A DNA stretch of 64,000 nt from an uncultured Thermoleophilia bacterium (GTDB taxonomy: Bacteria > Actinomycetota > Thermoleophilia > UBA2241). Below, in pieces: positions 31,986-41,410 of this stretch; the stretch's first letter is position 1, and each line of letters opens with the position of its first letter. Both the position numbers and the translations under genes were made by a program. Location: positions 64,001-128,000 of the forward strand of contig CAVPCT010000001.1 in assembly GCA_963702475.1 (NCBI GenBank), read 5' to 3'. The notes under the pieces are model-generated. The model did no database searches and was not told the origin of the DNA. It saw only the letters and a list, made by a program, of their open reading frames with translations.

Positions 31986-32022
31986 ACGCGGCGGCGCCGG
32001 CGGATGGCCGGCGCCGCCGCGT
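31986..32022. terminator. 16-bp-stem hairpin between the convergent PASTA and prk genes
   Basis: ACGCGGCGGCGCCGGC-GGATG-GCCGGCGCCGCCGCGT. Confidence 0.7.
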
Positions 32023-32023
32023 T

Positions 32024-32917
32024 CTAATACTGCCGGTCGGCGCGCACCGCGCTCTTGCGCTGCTCCACGATGGTGTGGAGCATCGGCGTGACCACCAGTC
32101 GTATGGCCATCTCCATCTTGCCGCCCGGCACCACGATGCAGTTGGGCCGCGACATGAACGAGTCGTGGATCATGGTGAGCAGGTAGGGGAAGTCCACGCC
32201 TTTCGGGTCACGGAAGCGGATGATGACGAGCGACTCGTCCAGGGTGGGGATGTCCCTCGCCATGAAGGGGTTGGACGTGTCCACCACCGGCACGCGCTGG
32301 AAGTTCACGTGGGTGTAGGCGAACTGCGGCGTGATGTAGTGCACGTAGTCGTGCATGCGCCGCAGGATGGTGTCGGTGACGGCCTCGATGGAGTAGCTGC
32401 GGAGGCGCGTGTCGCGGTGGATCTTCTGGATCCACTCGAGGTTGACGATGGGCACGACGCCGATGAGCAGGTCCACCCAGCGCGCCACGTTCACGTCGCC
32501 GTGCTGCACGCCGCCGTGCAGGCCCTCATAGAACAGCAGGTCGCTGTCCTCGGGCAGGTCCTCCCACGGCGTGAACGTGCCGCTCTCGTAGCCCAGGGCG
32601 GCCGACTCCTCCGTGTTGTGGACGTAGAAGCGGCGCTTGCCCGTCCCCGAGTCGCCGTAGGCCCTGAACAGCTTCTCGAGTTCCTCGAAGAGGTTGCCCT
32701 CCGGGCCGAAGTGGCTGGGCGGGCGGTCCCCCCTGGCGTCCGCCTCCTCGATCGCCAGGCGCATGCCCTCGCGGTCGTACCGGTGGAAGCTGTCACCCTC
32801 GACCACCACGGGACGGATGCTCTCGCGATGGAAGATGTGCTCGAACGAGCGTTTGACGGTGGTGGTGCCGGCGCCGCTCGATCCGGTGACGGCGATGACG
32901 GGGTGTTTGGCGGACAT
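32024..32917 (-). CDS. cbbP: phosphoribulokinase, proteobacterial (class I) type
   Basis: MSAKHPVIAVTGSSGAGTT, EGDSFH, FYEGLHG, NLEWIQK and NFQRVPVVDTSNPF motifs. Confidence 0.95.
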   Translation of the reverse strand: MSAKHPVIAVTGSSGAGTTTVKRSFEHIFHRESIRPVVVEGDSFHRYDREGMRLAIEEADARGDRPPSHFGPEGNLFEELEKLFRAYGDSGTGKRRFYVHNTEESAALGYESGTFTPWEDLPEDSDLLFYEGLHGGVQHGDVNVARWVDLLIGVVPIVNLEWIQKIHRDTRLRSYSIEAVTDTILRRMHDYVHYITPQFAYTHVNFQRVPVVDTSNPFMARDIPTLDESLVIIRFRDPKGVDFPYLLTMIHDSFMSRPNCIVVPGGKMEMAIRLVVTPMLHTIVEQRKSAVRADRQY

Positions 32918-32941
32918 CGTCGTTGTCTCCTCTCGCGCGGC

Positions 32942-34318
32942 TCAGGCGACGCCGAGGGCCTCGCGCCACCCGGGGTAGAAGGCGTCGGCGTCGGCAGGGA
33001 AGGACTCGAAGGCGCGGGCGAGCTCGCGGTGCGCGCGGGCGGCGGTGACGAGGTCGACCCCGGCCGTCCACGCCTCCACCGACTGCCGCAGGCTGAGGGC
33101 GCCGGCGACCGGGCCGTCGAGGTGCCCGAAGGCGCCGCCTCCGGACGTCTGCACCACGTTGGCGTGACCGAGGTTGTCGAAGAAGCCCGGCAGGCGCAGG
33201 GCGTTCATGCCGCCGGAGATCATCGGCGTCGTGGCCTTCATGCCGTACCACTCCTGGTGGTAGTACGGGCCGTCGGCCGAGTCCTGCTCGATCATGTAGG
33301 CGATGGCCCGGTCGGACTTGTCGCCCTCCATCTTGCCGAAGCCCATGGTGCCGGTGTGGATGCCGGAGGCTCCCTGCAGGCGCGCCATCTTGGAGAGCAC
33401 GAAGGCCGTGTAGCCGCGCTGGGACTGGGGCGACGTGACGGCGCCGTGCCCGGCGCGGTGGTAGTGCAGGAAGGTGTCAGGGAAGCGGCGGCGCGCCGCC
33501 GTGACCGCCGCCGGCCCGCCGACATACCCGTCCACGAGGAACGCGACGTGGTCCTCGAGCCCGGCGAACGCCTCCAGCACGGCCTCGCCGCGCGCCACCA
33601 TCTCCCACGGGTCGTCGGCGGTGATGTTGGCTGAGAAGAGCTTGGCGCCGCCGGTCTCGTTCTGCGCGCGGCGCATGGCGTCGGCCACCAGGCGCATGGT
33701 CTCGGCGTACGGCGCGAACGGCTGGTTGCCCTGGGGCTCGTCGTTCTTGACGAAGTCGCCGCCGAGCCAGAAGTCGTAGCAGGCCTTGGCGAAGAGCTCC
33801 GGCCGGAGGCCCAGCTTGGGCTTGATGATGGTGCCCACGATCATGCCCCCGTCGGCTTCCGGCCGTCCCAGCACGCGCCAGAAGTCGGCGATGTTGCGCC
33901 GCGGGCCGTCGAACATCTCCAGGTACGCGGGCGGCACGTAGAAGTCGTGCATCTTGGCATACTCCACGTCGCCCATGCCCTGGTTGTTGCCGATCGTCAG
34001 CGTGAGGAACGACACGATCATCGCCTTGCCATCGGTGATGTTGCGGTCGAACAGGTCGAGGGGGTACGCGATCTTCATCAGTCCGCCGGCCTCGTCGGCT
34101 TCGTAGACGATGGCATCCACCGAGCGCGTGAAGTCGTCGGTGGTGGAGACCTCCACGTTGGTGCCGGTGGACGACTCGGCGGCGAAGTGCGCGGCCGTGG
34201 CGAGGAAGCCGTTGCCGGCCTTGGGCTTGAACGTGTAGGCGCACAGGACGTGGCGGCCCTGGGCGATGAGGTCGGCCTCGTCGAGGCTCAGGTCGGCGTA
34301 TCTGCTGGACTGGTCCAC
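32942..34318 (-). CDS. cbbM: ribulose-1,5-bisphosphate carboxylase, form II
   Basis: Starts (M)DQSSRYADL after [46 protein letters not shown] (carbamylated Lys-x-Asp-Glu), [13 protein letters not shown] and SGGMNALR all match Rhodospirillum-type form II. Confidence 0.97.
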   Translation of the reverse strand: MDQSSRYADLSLDEADLIAQGRHVLCAYTFKPKAGNGFLATAAHFAAESSTGTNVEVSTTDDFTRSVDAIVYEADEAGGLMKIAYPLDLFDRNITDGKAMIVSFLTLTIGNNQGMGDVEYAKMHDFYVPPAYLEMFDGPRRNIADFWRVLGRPEADGGMIVGTIIKPKLGLRPELFAKACYDFWLGGDFVKNDEPQGNQPFAPYAETMRLVADAMRRAQNETGGAKLFSANITADDPWEMVARGEAVLEAFAGLEDHVAFLVDGYVGGPAAVTAARRRFPDTFLHYHRAGHGAVTSPQSQRGYTAFVLSKMARLQGASGIHTGTMGFGKMEGDKSDRAIAYMIEQDSADGPYYHQEWYGMKATTPMISGGMNALRLPGFFDNLGHANVVQTSGGGAFGHLDGPVAGALSLRQSVEAWTAGVDLVTAARAHRELARAFESFPADADAFYPGWREALGVA

Positions 34319-34432
34319 GTATCCTCCTCCGCTCGCCGGCGCGGGGGCTCCTCGTCGCCGGCCCGTCGAGTGTGTGCGAGCAAGTGTGCCCATCCGCGCC
34401 TGATTCCGCACGCGTTGACGTCGCCCGCGCCC

Positions 34433-34450
34433 CCTTGACCCTGGTCAAGG
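34433..34450. promoter_or_regulatory. FNR/Crp-family-like palindrome CCTTGACC-CT-GGTCAAGG (TTGAC-N4-GTCAA)
   Basis: Perfect 8-bp inverted repeat about 115-130 bp upstream of the cbbM start. Confidence 0.55.
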
Positions 34451-34673
34451 CGGACGGAGGCGCGCCTCGCCGGGTTGCGGGAGCGCGTGAGGAGCGAGCC
34501 GGCGTAGCCCTCCCCCGGTGTCGACCTCGGGGACTGCCGGTCGTGTCACGCGTCGCACTCCGACCGCGACAGCCGTCAGCCGGCGTGTCTCTGCGCCCGC
34601 CGCACGTTTCCCGATGCCGGGGCCGGGAACGTCCCCCGTGTATGTCCCCGGCACGCAAGGGAGGCTGACGGTC

Positions 34674-35237
34674 ATGACGGATGTGCTCGCAGGGCGCAGG
34701 ATCGCGATCCTCGCCACCGACGGGGTCGAGGAGCTTGAGCTCACGGAGCCCAGGCGCGTGCTTGAGGAGGCCGGTGCCACGGTGGAGCTGCTGGCGCCGA
34801 GGGCCGGCTCGATCCTCGCCATGGACCACCTGGACAAGAGCCGGAGCTACGTGGTGGACCGGCCGGTCGGCGAAGCGGCGCCGGCCGACTACGACGGCCT
34901 GGTGCTGCCGGGCGGCGTCGTGAACGCCGACAAGCTGCGCATCGACGCCGGCGCTGTGACCTTCACGGGCGGCGTGCTGAGCTTCGGTACCCCGGTCGGC
35001 GCGATCTGCCACGGGCTGTGGGTCCTCATCGAGACCGGCATGCTCAAAGGCCGCACCGTGACCTCGTATCCCACGCTGCGCACCGACCTCGAGAACGCCG
35101 GCGCCCGCTGGGTCGACGAGGAGGTCCACAACGACGGCGGCCTGGTGACCAGCAGGCGCGTCGCCGACCTCCCGGCCTTCACCGCGAAGCTCGTGGAGGA
35201 GTTCGCCGAAGGCCTGCACCAGCGGCGTCTGGCCTGA
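34674..35237 (+). CDS. PfpI/DJ-1 family protein (type 1 glutamine amidotransferase fold)
   Basis: ATDGVEELEL, LPGGVVNADKLR and AICHG motifs. Confidence 0.92.
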   Translation: MTDVLAGRRIAILATDGVEELELTEPRRVLEEAGATVELLAPRAGSILAMDHLDKSRSYVVDRPVGEAAPADYDGLVLPGGVVNADKLRIDAGAVTFTGGVLSFGTPVGAICHGLWVLIETGMLKGRTVTSYPTLRTDLENAGARWVDEEVHNDGGLVTSRRVADLPAFTAKLVEEFAEGLHQRRLA

Positions 35238-35452
35238 CCGGCCCGGGGCCTGCGGCCGGGCGTGCCCCGTCACTCGGCCGCGACTCTCCGTTTCGTCCCG
35301 GGCCGCACGCAAGACGCTCCTTGCGGGCCCTGACGCAGCTGTTCACAGCGCCACTACCGTCTTGGTAGAGTCGGGCGAAGTCCGACGGCGGTGCGAGTGG
35401 CCCGGTCGCCTGCTCGCCTCAAGGGTGCCGTCGCCACGTGTGGAGGTCGCTC

Positions 35453-37519
35453 ATGAGACGGTCCCTGTTCACGCTCGCCTGTGCTCTCACCCTGCTCGGG
35501 CTGTGGCCCGCCGCGGCCCAGGCACTCACGTTCAACGAGGCGGTCGACCAGCTCTTCGAGGAGGGCTACCCGCAGCGCCTCGAGCAGACGATCATCGGCT
35601 TCACGGCGGTCCCGTTGGGCTTCCGCTGGACCGGCTCCGACGCAGACACGCAAGCTGCTCAGTTCATCGCCGCCGAGATGGAGGCCATCGGCCTCACCGA
35701 CGTCAAGCTCGAGGCTGTCCCCGTGGACGCCTGGACCCTCAAGGACGCGCACGTCACGGTCGGAGACAAGGTGATGCCCGCCTCGAGCTACCCGGGCGTC
35801 CCCGCCACGGGTCCCGAAGGCGTCACGGGCCAGGTCGTCCGCATCCCCGGTGCCGCCTCCAAGGCCGACTTCGACAAAGTCGGCGACCTCACCGGCAAGA
35901 TCGCCCTGATCAACTTCGCCTCGGACTACTGGTGGATGAACTTTCCCTGCGCCGAGGCGGGTCTGCGCGGCGCCAAGGCCGTCATCCTCATCTACGATAA
36001 GGAGTACCCCGGTTACGCCGGCGCCCCCGGCGCCTTCAACTCCAACGACCCCGGCTACACGTACACGTCGCCCCCGCTGGTGTGGCTGCCCAGCACCTCG
36101 GCCGCCTGGCTCAAGAAGCAGCTGGCCAAGGGACCGACCACTGCCACCGTCACCCTGATCTCCGAGCACACTCTCGCCGAGGACGGCGGGGTGGGCTACA
36201 ACGTGGTCGGCTCTCTGCCGGGCAGCAGCGACGACGGCACGCGTATCGTGTTCGGCGGTCACCACGACGCCCACTTCAGCGGCGCCCTGGACAACGCCAC
36301 GTCCTGCGTCGCCGAGCTCGTCATCGCCAAGGCCATGAAGATGTGCGGCTACCAGCCCGCGAGCACCGTCGTCTTCTTCAACACCACCGCCGAGGAGTGG
36401 GGCTACACCGACTGCAACTACGACTGGCTGGTCGGCTCCACGTACTCCATCCAGCACACGCACCAGGACTGGCCGGGCACCGTCAAGGCCATGCTCAACC
36501 TTGAGATCATGGGCTACAAGGGCGGCTCCCTGTGGTTCACCGCGACCCGCGACCTCAAGCCGTGGGTCGAGGCAGAGATGAAGGCGCACCCCAAGCTGGT
36601 CGGCAAGGCAGGCAAGGTGTACGCACCCGAGGGGTCGTTGTGGTTCAGCTACAACGACCAGTGGCCGCTCACCGCGTCCGGCATCCCGTCCACCTGCATG
36701 TGGACGCCCGACGAGCGCTACTCGGCGGACTACTACCACACGCAGTACGACGAGGTCGCCAAGCTCGACTGGGACTTCTTCAGGAAGAACATCAAGTTCC
36801 ACCTGGAGCTGGCGCGGAGCATCGACGACGGGCTCCTGCCGTACCGTCTGTCGGGCGGCGCCGCCGCGCTGGCGTCGGCGTCCAAGTCGGCGGCATTCGC
36901 CGACGCCGGCATCGACTCCGCCGTGGCGACGGCCTATCTGGCGGCCACCAGGTCCTATGCGGCGGCCGCCAAGACGTTCGACGCTCGCCGTGCCAAGGTG
37001 GCGGCCGGCGACGTGGCCGTCATCAACGCCGGCCTCCTGGCGGTGCAGAAGTCCGTGCACTCCAATCTCACGGCGCTCGACGTGTGGGACGACACCGTGT
37101 ACCCGTTCGTGCAGCCGATGACCGATCTCACGGGCATGCAGACCACGGTCGCGCTCCTGCAGAAGTCCCCGGTGCAGTACAAGAAGGCGCTGCAGGCGCT
37201 GGCCGGCGTCAACCTGGCCTATTACGGCATCAACTTCAGCTACGACGTCTACCACACCAACCTGCTGCAGCGGGTGCCGGGCTACGTGCACGCCAACATG
37301 GCCGACCTGGGCCACATGGCCATGACGCTCGACGTGATGCCCGACTACGACATGATCGTCGCGGCGCAGGCGGCCAAGGCGACACCGACGGCAGCCATCG
37401 CCTCACTGCGCACGAAGATCGCCGCGGAGCAGCAGGACATCGAGACTCGCCTGACCGCGCTCACCGGCGTGCTGCAGGCCGTGACGGGTCAGATCGAGGA
37501 CATCACGCCGGAGAAGTAG
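35453..37519 (+). CDS. secreted M28 family metallopeptidase with PA domain
   Basis: Signal peptide (AQA); GGHHD, GALDN, AEEWG, NLE and YHT motifs. Confidence 0.85.
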   Translation: MRRSLFTLACALTLLGLWPAAAQALTFNEAVDQLFEEGYPQRLEQTIIGFTAVPLGFRWTGSDADTQAAQFIAAEMEAIGLTDVKLEAVPVDAWTLKDAHVTVGDKVMPASSYPGVPATGPEGVTGQVVRIPGAASKADFDKVGDLTGKIALINFASDYWWMNFPCAEAGLRGAKAVILIYDKEYPGYAGAPGAFNSNDPGYTYTSPPLVWLPSTSAAWLKKQLAKGPTTATVTLISEHTLAEDGGVGYNVVGSLPGSSDDGTRIVFGGHHDAHFSGALDNATSCVAELVIAKAMKMCGYQPASTVVFFNTTAEEWGYTDCNYDWLVGSTYSIQHTHQDWPGTVKAMLNLEIMGYKGGSLWFTATRDLKPWVEAEMKAHPKLVGKAGKVYAPEGSLWFSYNDQWPLTASGIPSTCMWTPDERYSADYYHTQYDEVAKLDWDFFRKNIKFHLELARSIDDGLLPYRLSGGAAALASASKSAAFADAGIDSAVATAYLAATRSYAAAAKTFDARRAKVAAGDVAVINAGLLAVQKSVHSNLTALDVWDDTVYPFVQPMTDLTGMQTTVALLQKSPVQYKKALQALAGVNLAYYGINFSYDVYHTNLLQRVPGYVHANMADLGHMAMTLDVMPDYDMIVAAQAAKATPTAAIASLRTKIAAEQQDIETRLTALTGVLQAVTGQIEDITPEK

Positions 37520-37543
37520 GACCGCTCAGCGAAAGGAGGGCCC

Positions 37544-37642
37544 GTGGCGCCCACGCTCAGACGCGGCCAGGAGCCGGACGACTCCGCGTACCGGCACGCC
37601 CTGCACCCGCCGGCGCTGGCGCGGCTGCACGGCACGGACTGA
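37544..37642 (+). CDS. possible 32-aa small ORF
   Basis: Strong SD AAAGGAGG just before GTG; encodes (M)APTLRRGQEPDDSAYRHALHPPALARLHGTD. Confidence 0.3.
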   Translation: MAPTLRRGQEPDDSAYRHALHPPALARLHGTD

Positions 37643-37647
37643 AGACT

Positions 37648-37689
37648 GCCGGCCGGCGCGGCGGGCTGCAGCCCGCCGCGCCGGCCGGC
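37648..37689. terminator. perfect 42-bp palindrome (no loop) between convergent genes
   Basis: GCCGGCCGGCGCGGCGGGCTG|CAGCCCGCCGCGCCGGCCGGC. Confidence 0.75.
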
Positions 37690-37726
37690 TCTCAGTCTGG
37701 GTACCCTGAGGGCGGGCCCGGCCCCG

Positions 37727-38119
37727 TCAGAGCCGGTTGTAGAAGCCGGGTTCGCGGACCGCGGCGGCCTCGTCGCCGGACACGTCGACGTAGCCGGGGG
37801 CGACGAGCAGCACGCCGTCGGCGACGAGCTGGAGCCCGCCGTCCACGGCGTAGGCCAGGCCGCTGCAGAAGTCGGTGAGGCGGGCGGCCAGGGTGGGGCT
37901 GCACTCGCGCAGGTCGACGAGCACGAGCTCGTCGCGGCGGATGCGGTCGGCGATGGTCTGGGCGTCCCCGAACTCGTGCGGGGTCAAGAGCTCGACGCGC
38001 ACGTCGGGGGTGCGCACCAGGTCAAGGCGGACGGGACTCGCCGGCGTCGTCCCGCCAGGTCCCGGCATTGTCGTACCAGTCGTCGTAGGCGTGGTCTTTC
38101 CTGCCCATGCTGCCTCCAT
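37727..38119 (-). CDS. sepF: cell division protein SepF family
   Basis: PHEFGDAQTIAD...VLVDL...RLTDFCSGLAYAVDGGLQLVADGVLLVAP; start uncertain. Confidence 0.8.
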   Translation of the reverse strand: MEAAWAGKTTPTTTGTTMPGPGGTTPASPVRLDLVRTPDVRVELLTPHEFGDAQTIADRIRRDELVLVDLRECSPTLAARLTDFCSGLAYAVDGGLQLVADGVLLVAPGYVDVSGDEAAAVREPGFYNRL

Positions 38120-38219
38120 CGAAAGCGGTCCCTTCTGATTCGGCGCCGGCTTCGCGTCGCCTTCCCGCCGAAGCTCCGGCGACGAGACAAGCGGGGGCCG
38201 TGTGCAGTAGGGTGCCGCC

Positions 38220-39425
38220 ATGGACGACGATGTCGAGCGGGAGGAGCCGCGGACGGCGGGAGACGCGGCGGCGACGTGTGACGAGGGGCGGCCGGAGCCG
38301 CAGGCTCCGCCGGCCGCCACGCCGCTCTCGACCGTCCTCGGCCAGTTCTCTCCCATCCAGCGGCTCCTCATCACCACCGCCGCCATCGCCGTCACCCTGC
38401 TCTTCATGCGCATCACGGCCGGCATCATCGTGCCGGTGTTGCTGGCGCTGGTCGTGACGATGGCGGTCTCACCGTTTCTGGATTGGCTGATGCGCCACCA
38501 CATCCCGCCCATCGTGGCGTGGCTCATCACCGTGGTCCTCACCACCGCCGCCGTGGTGTTCGTGTTCGTGCTGGGCGGCATAGGCATCGCCCGGCTGATC
38601 GGTGAGCTGAACGGCTACCTCACCGAGCTCACCGTCCAGCTGAGTGACGCGACGGGGTTCCTGGGCAACATCGGGATCCACCTGGAGGGCCTGTTCGAGC
38701 GTGACGGCCTGTTGCCGCCACATCGCATCATCTCGTTCAGCGTCCGGATCCTGCAGCTGCTGCAGAAGCTCTTCGGCGCGGTCAGCCTCACACTGCTCAT
38801 CGTCTTCTTCATGCTGGCTGAGTCCATCACGCTGCGGCTCAAGGTCCTGCGGACCCCCCCGCGCGTGAGCCCGCTCATCCAGCGTCTCGAACTGTTCACC
38901 CGTGACATGCGTGCCTTCGTCCAGGCAACGGCCATCATCGGCATCGTCAACGGCGTGGCCGTCGGCGTCTTCCTCTATCTGCTGGGCATCGAGCTCGCGC
39001 TCATGTGGGGCCTGTTCGCCTTCTTGATGACGTTCATCCCCACGCTGGGCTTCTTCCTCGCCGTGCTGCCCCCGTGCTTCTTCGCCCTGCTCGATCAGGG
39101 GTGGCGGACGGCGCTGCTCGTGTTCATCGGGTTCCTCGTCATCTGGGCCGTCACCGGTACTCTGCGCAGCGGGCGCTTCGTAGGCAGGCGCCTGAACCTC
39201 GCGCCGATCGTGATCCTGCTCTCCATCATCCTGTGGGGCTGGGTGCTGGGGATCATGGGCGGCCTGCTGGCGGTGCCCATGACGCTGCTCGTGCGGCGCG
39301 TGCTGCTCGAGGCCTACGACGAATCGCGCTGGATCACCGACCTGCTCGGGCGCCCCACCTGGACCCCCGCCGCGGACGAGGCGCAGCCGTCGGCGGGCGC
39401 CGGCGGGGACGAAGCCAAGGCCTGA
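38220..39425 (+). CDS. AI-2E family transporter
   Basis: FIPTLG and WGWVLGIMGGLLAVPMT motifs; leaderless TAGGGT-N6-ATG. Confidence 0.88.
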   Translation: MDDDVEREEPRTAGDAAATCDEGRPEPQAPPAATPLSTVLGQFSPIQRLLITTAAIAVTLLFMRITAGIIVPVLLALVVTMAVSPFLDWLMRHHIPPIVAWLITVVLTTAAVVFVFVLGGIGIARLIGELNGYLTELTVQLSDATGFLGNIGIHLEGLFERDGLLPPHRIISFSVRILQLLQKLFGAVSLTLLIVFFMLAESITLRLKVLRTPPRVSPLIQRLELFTRDMRAFVQATAIIGIVNGVAVGVFLYLLGIELALMWGLFAFLMTFIPTLGFFLAVLPPCFFALLDQGWRTALLVFIGFLVIWAVTGTLRSGRFVGRRLNLAPIVILLSIILWGWVLGIMGGLLAVPMTLLVRRVLLEAYDESRWITDLLGRPTWTPAADEAQPSAGAGGDEAKA

Positions 39426-39507
39426 GCCCGCCCGCCGACCGGTGCGGCGCCGTCGTGCGACGGTGAGCGAGGCCGCCGGCGACGGCCGCGGGTCCGGCGT
39501 CCCCGGG

Positions 39508-39981
39508 CTACCAGATGAACGGCAGAAAGCGCCTGCGCACGTCGCGGCTGTACGCCTCGTACTCCGCGTGCGCCTCGCGCAGCCAGGCCTCTTCGCGGCG
39601 GCGCTTCAGTTCGAAGAGGGGCAGCGTGAGCGCAGCCGGCAGCAAGGCGCGCGGTGAGGTCAGGAGCGCCCACGCGAAGCTGATCAGGAAGACACCGCCG
39701 TAGAGAGGGTGCCTGACCAGGCCGTAGACGCCGCCGCGCCGTAGTTCGCCGCCGGTGACGGGGCGCGGGAACGGCGTCAGCAGGCGCCCGAGGCGCACGG
39801 AGCCGCCGGCGAAGAGCGCCAGGCCGGCGGCCAGCAGCAAGCCTCCTGCCAGCAGTCGCGGTGGCGTCCCGGACCGCGGCCACCGCGGGCCGCGCAGGCC
39901 ACAGGCGGCCTCGGCGAGGAACAGCACTGTCTGGAGGGCGACCCAGCCTTCGCCGTGCGGCCCGAGCGCGGGTACGCGCAT
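39508..39981 (-). CDS. isoprenylcysteine carboxylmethyltransferase family membrane protein
   Basis: GVYGLVRHPLYGG, KRRREE and RFLPFIW motifs. Confidence 0.85.
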   Translation of the reverse strand: MRVPALGPHGEGWVALQTVLFLAEAACGLRGPRWPRSGTPPRLLAGGLLLAAGLALFAGGSVRLGRLLTPFPRPVTGGELRRGGVYGLVRHPLYGGVFLISFAWALLTSPRALLPAALTLPLFELKRRREEAWLREAHAEYEAYSRDVRRRFLPFIW

Positions 39982-40062
39982 CCGTGCGCCCCGCGTGCCG
40001 GCGCCCGTTACCGGGTCCTGTCGCCCTGCACCCACGTCCCTCATGTGCCCGTCTCCGCGCGC

Positions 40063-40758
40063 TCACCGCGTGAAGTACTCGACGAGGGCCTGCTCCTCCG
40101 CCTCGGCGAGCTGGGCGCCGCGCTGCTTCATCGAGTCGATGAGCGCCTGGGCCTCGGCGGCGTCGCCGGCGCGGAATGCGAGCGCCTGGTCGGCGGAGTG
40201 ACAGCGGCTGCAGCGCTGGTCGATGACTGTGACCGCGTCGCTCGCGGCGGAGGACGTCGGCGACGGGCTGGGCGTGGACCCGGACGGCGCGTTCTGGTCG
40301 CCGGCGAGCGAGGCGCCGAACCCGTCGGCCAGCGTCTGCCTCTCCGCGTCGTTGAGCTTGGCGCCGGGGTGGATGAGCGTGTACTGCAGCGGTGGCATCT
40401 CGCCGTCGACGGCGTCGCGGACCTGCTCCGCCGTCACCGACCCGTTCCACTCGGAGAAGTTCAGCCGGCTGCGGCCCTCGCTGACATCCCGCCACACCAG
40501 CCACGAGGCCGGGGCGATGCTGGTGGCCCACCACCACTTGGTCTCGTTGCTGTGACAGTCGTAGCAGGACTCCCGGGCCACGGCCTCGGCGGCGGGGTCG
40601 GCCCAAACGAAGGCGGCTGTGACCGGCGGATTGTCGTGGTCCTTCCCGTAGGGGATGAACTGGATCACGATGAAGACCGCCACGAGGGTTCCGATCACCC
40701 ACAGGGCGGTCCTGAGCCAGGACCGCTTCGGTCGTCCGGACGTGCGTGCCGTGCTCAC
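40063..40758 (-). CDS. membrane-anchored diheme c-type cytochrome (Haem-binding domain plus second cytochrome c domain)
   Basis: IQFIP, SCYDCHSNETKW, LNFSEW and MPPLQY motifs; second CSRCH after a Ser/Pro linker. Confidence 0.85.
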   Translation of the reverse strand: MSTARTSGRPKRSWLRTALWVIGTLVAVFIVIQFIPYGKDHDNPPVTAAFVWADPAAEAVARESCYDCHSNETKWWWATSIAPASWLVWRDVSEGRSRLNFSEWNGSVTAEQVRDAVDGEMPPLQYTLIHPGAKLNDAERQTLADGFGASLAGDQNAPSGSTPSPSPTSSAASDAVTVIDQRCSRCHSADQALAFRAGDAAEAQALIDSMKQRGAQLAEAEEQALVEYFTR

Positions 40759-40950
40759 CTGGGTCCTCCTCCGATCTCACAGCGACATGATATCGGAGCA
40801 TACTACTCCGGTATGAGGGTCGCCAACCGGCGCACGAGGTCGGGCCCGGAGCCGGCGGGTGCTCGCACGAAGAGAGGCCGCGGCAGGACGGTGCCGCCGC
40901 GGCCTCTCGGGCTGCTCTTCCCGGGCGTCCCGGACGGTGCCGAGTACCAG

Positions 40951-41211
40951 TCAGAACCGGACGGCAACGAGCGAGAGGCCGAGGGCCTCCTCGGTCTCGC
41001 GGATACGGGCGAGCTGCGCGTCGTCGGGTATGGCCGGCTCCGCCTCGAGCACGGGTCCGAACTGCTCCATGATGGCGCGCAGCTTCGCTTCACGCTCGGC
41101 CCCCATCTCGCGGCAGGAGAAGGCCACGACGGTCAGGCCGACCTCGTCCTCAAGGGTGGCGATCTGCGCCAACTGGTCGTCGTCGAGCTGTCTCGCGATC
41201 TCACAGAACAT
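40951..41211 (-). CDS. small protein with a two-fold internal repeat
   Basis: LDDDQLAQIATLEDEVGLTVVAF / PDDAQLARIRETEEALGLSLVAV; RBS GGGAGG. Confidence 0.75.
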   Translation of the reverse strand: MFCEIARQLDDDQLAQIATLEDEVGLTVVAFSCREMGAEREAKLRAIMEQFGPVLEAEPAIPDDAQLARIRETEEALGLSLVAVRF

Positions 41212-41410
41212 CGGTGCGCCTCCCCGCGTCGCCCGCCGCGCCGGGCCCCGACCGGGCGGCGCGTCTCACCGAGGCAGGGGTTCGGGCGCGACCGGCCCGT
41301 CCCTTCCTCCGCGCCCGCAGTTCTCCTCCGCCGGCCAGGGCGGCCTCTCGCGGCGCGGGTGCAAGCTCGTGCCGTCCGGCCGGACGGTGTCACTCGGAAG
41401 GGGTGGGCAC

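Noticed and set aside
32942-34318. RuBisCO-like protein (form IV) or form II/III
   Set aside because: The full form II signature ([19 protein letters not shown] start, HYHRAGHG) and an adjacent PRK indicate a true form II carboxylase.
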